Assembly: GCA_046734715.1 (NCBI GenBank)
Contig: JBKPRV010000352.1
Location: forward strand, 1 to 35,661
Source: Actinomycetota bacterium
GTDB lineage: Bacteria > Actinomycetota > Acidimicrobiia > Acidimicrobiales > VFJN01
Direction: 5' to 3'
DNA length: 35,661 bases
Shown here piece by piece: positions 32,274-35,661 of this stretch. Position 1 is the stretch's first letter. Each line of letters opens with the position of its first letter. Made by a program: the position numbers and the translations under genes. The notes under the pieces are model-generated. The model saw only the letters and a list, made by a program, of their open reading frames with translations, did no database searches and was not told where the DNA came from.

Positions 32274-33242
32274 CTACCCGTGAGGGTAGGTGGCGCGGGG
32301 GTGAGCAGCACGGTACGCGGCGAACAACCGCTCAGTCGACACTTTCGTGTACACCTGGGTGGTGCTGACCGAGGCGTGCCCCAGCATCTCCTGCACGGCC
32401 CGCAGGTCGGCCCCGTGGTCGAGCATGTGGGTGGCGCACGAGTGGCGCAGCACGTGGGGCGTGAGCTTGTCGGCGATGCCCGCCTCGCTGCCCCAGTGTT
32501 TGACCACCAGCCAGGCGCCCTGGCGGGTCAGCCGGCCGCCCCGCCGGTTGAGGAACACCGCCTCGGCGTCGCCCCGCCGAGCCCAACGCTGGGGGACCAG
32601 CGCGGGCCGCCCCCCGGGTCCCAGCCAGGCGGACAGCGCCGCCGCGGCGTGGCGCCCCAGCGGGACCACCCGCTCCTTGGAGCCCTTGCCGAACGCCCGC
32701 AGCAGCCCCGACTCCAGGTCGATGTCGCCCAGCCTGAGGCCGACCAGCTCGGAGATCCGGACCCCGGTGCCGTACAGCACCTCGAGGATGGCCCGGTCGC
32801 GCCGGGCCGACGGCTCGTCCCCCACCACCGCGGCCAGCAGGGCGGACACCTCGGCCTCGCTGAGGGCTTTGGGCAGGCCCGACGGCACCCGGGGCGTGGC
32901 CACGTCGGCCCCGGGGTCGCCCTCGGCTCGGCCCTCGTCGGCCAGGAACCGGTGCAGCGAGCGGACGGCCACCACGGCCCGGGCCACGGTGGCGGGCGCC
33001 AGCGAGCTGCCGCGCAGCTCCCCGATGTAGGCCTCGACGTCCGCCTCGCGCACGTCGGCCAGGGCGATGCCGCGCCCGTCCAGCCAGCGGCACCAGCGCC
33101 GGGCGTCGCGCCGGTAGGCCGCCAGCGTCGACCGCGCCCGGCCCCGCTCGGTGGCGAGCCAGGACAGCCACTCCTCGACGTCGAGCGGCACCTGGTCGGG
33201 ATCGGCGGCGATGTCGGGGAGGTCGGCGACGTCCGTGCCCAT
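32274..33242 (-). CDS. xerD: Tyrosine site-specific recombinase XerD (chromosome dimer resolution)
   Basis: ORF track 322 aa. Matches include RDRAILEVLYGTGVRISELVGL, GKGSKERVVPLG, HVLRHSCATHML..GADLR.VQEMLGHASVSTTQVYT. The position next to nudix-pyrG matches mycobacterial Rv1699-1701. Confidence 0.9.
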   Translation of the reverse strand: MGTDVADLPDIAADPDQVPLDVEEWLSWLATERGRARSTLAAYRRDARRWCRWLDGRGIALADVREADVEAYIGELRGSSLAPATVARAVVAVRSLHRFLADEGRAEGDPGADVATPRVPSGLPKALSEAEVSALLAAVVGDEPSARRDRAILEVLYGTGVRISELVGLRLGDIDLESGLLRAFGKGSKERVVPLGRHAAAALSAWLGPGGRPALVPQRWARRGDAEAVFLNRRGGRLTRQGAWLVVKHWGSEAGIADKLTPHVLRHSCATHMLDHGADLRAVQEMLGHASVSTTQVYTKVSTERLFAAYRAAHPRATYPHG

Positions 33243-33304
33243 GCACGGATCACGCTAGGACGGCCCGCTCCGCCATACTGTGACCCCGACCGAGAGGAGC
33301 CCGG

Positions 33305-33520
33305 GTGCCGCGCTACGACTTCCGCTGCCGCGAGTGCGGCGACACGTTCGAGGTCAGTCGGCCCATGGCCGAAGCCGACGCTCCCGCCGACTGCCCCGCG
33401 GGCCACGCCGACACGGTGAAGCTGCTCCCGCTGGTGGCCGTGGGCGGCCGGGCCGCCCCCGCACCTGCCCCGTCCGGAGGCGGTGGAGGCTGCTGCGGCG
33501 GCGCCTGTGGCTGCGGCTGA
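33305..33520 (+). CDS. FmdB-family zinc-ribbon protein with Gly/Cys-rich tail
   Basis: ORF track 71 aa, starting at GTG 33305 with GAGAGGAG upstream. Translation: MPRYDFRCRECGDTFEV.....A...CP.GH...V..L... The tail reads GGGGGCCGGACGCG. Confidence 0.8.
   Translation: MPRYDFRCRECGDTFEVSRPMAEADAPADCPAGHADTVKLLPLVAVGGRAAPAPAPSGGGGGCCGGACGCG

Positions 33521-35661
<2,141 letters not shown>

Overview
This is a very GC-rich chromosomal segment (GC not computed). Its gene content and synteny match a core Actinomycetota chromosome region: merR-garA-gcvH, scpA-scpB-rluB-aroH-tyrA-aroA-cmk-plsC, DUF512-der, and pyrG-nudix-xerD. I cannot assign a genus. About 50 protein genes can be supported, most on the minus strand. 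Many are joined by ATGA/GTGA/TGATG start-stop overlaps. The ORF track contains many long shadow ORFs and N-terminally over-extended ORFs, as expected for high-GC DNA. I trimmed starts by hand using family-typical N-termini, start/stop overlaps and RBS-like purine runs. All family calls come from motif recognition by eye; no searches were run.

There is one RNA gene, tRNA-Pro(GGG) at 14905-14981 (-). The only clearly accessory patch is about 11.7-15.1 kb. It looks less GC-rich and holds small orphan ORFs, decayed frames and a frameshifted mini-gene. A displaced 39-nt copy of the tRNA-Pro 3' half at 12621-12659 brackets a ~2.3-kb integrase-less island remnant there.

I do not see a large, self-evident new multi-gene system: no CRISPR, no giant nuclease/ATPase-type ORFs, and no intact mobile element. 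The best leads are modest:
1. A perfect LexA/Cheo-type SOS box inside a promoter in front of an orphan 62-70-aa ORF (8080-8315).
2. A co-directional four-gene string: a CxxCC two-TM mini-protein, a 4-TM protein, an ECF sigma factor and a membrane-anchored Kelch-like beta-propeller. A 7-N10-7 dyad sits in a long-spacer promoter upstream (8334-11116).
3. A PP2C phosphatase translationally coupled to an FHA-like/HTH fusion protein (20952-22390).
4. A nucleotidyltransferase-phosphohexomutase fusion whose mutase catalytic motifs look degenerate (1394-3880).
5. The tRNA-Pro island remnant and the tandem repeats beside it.
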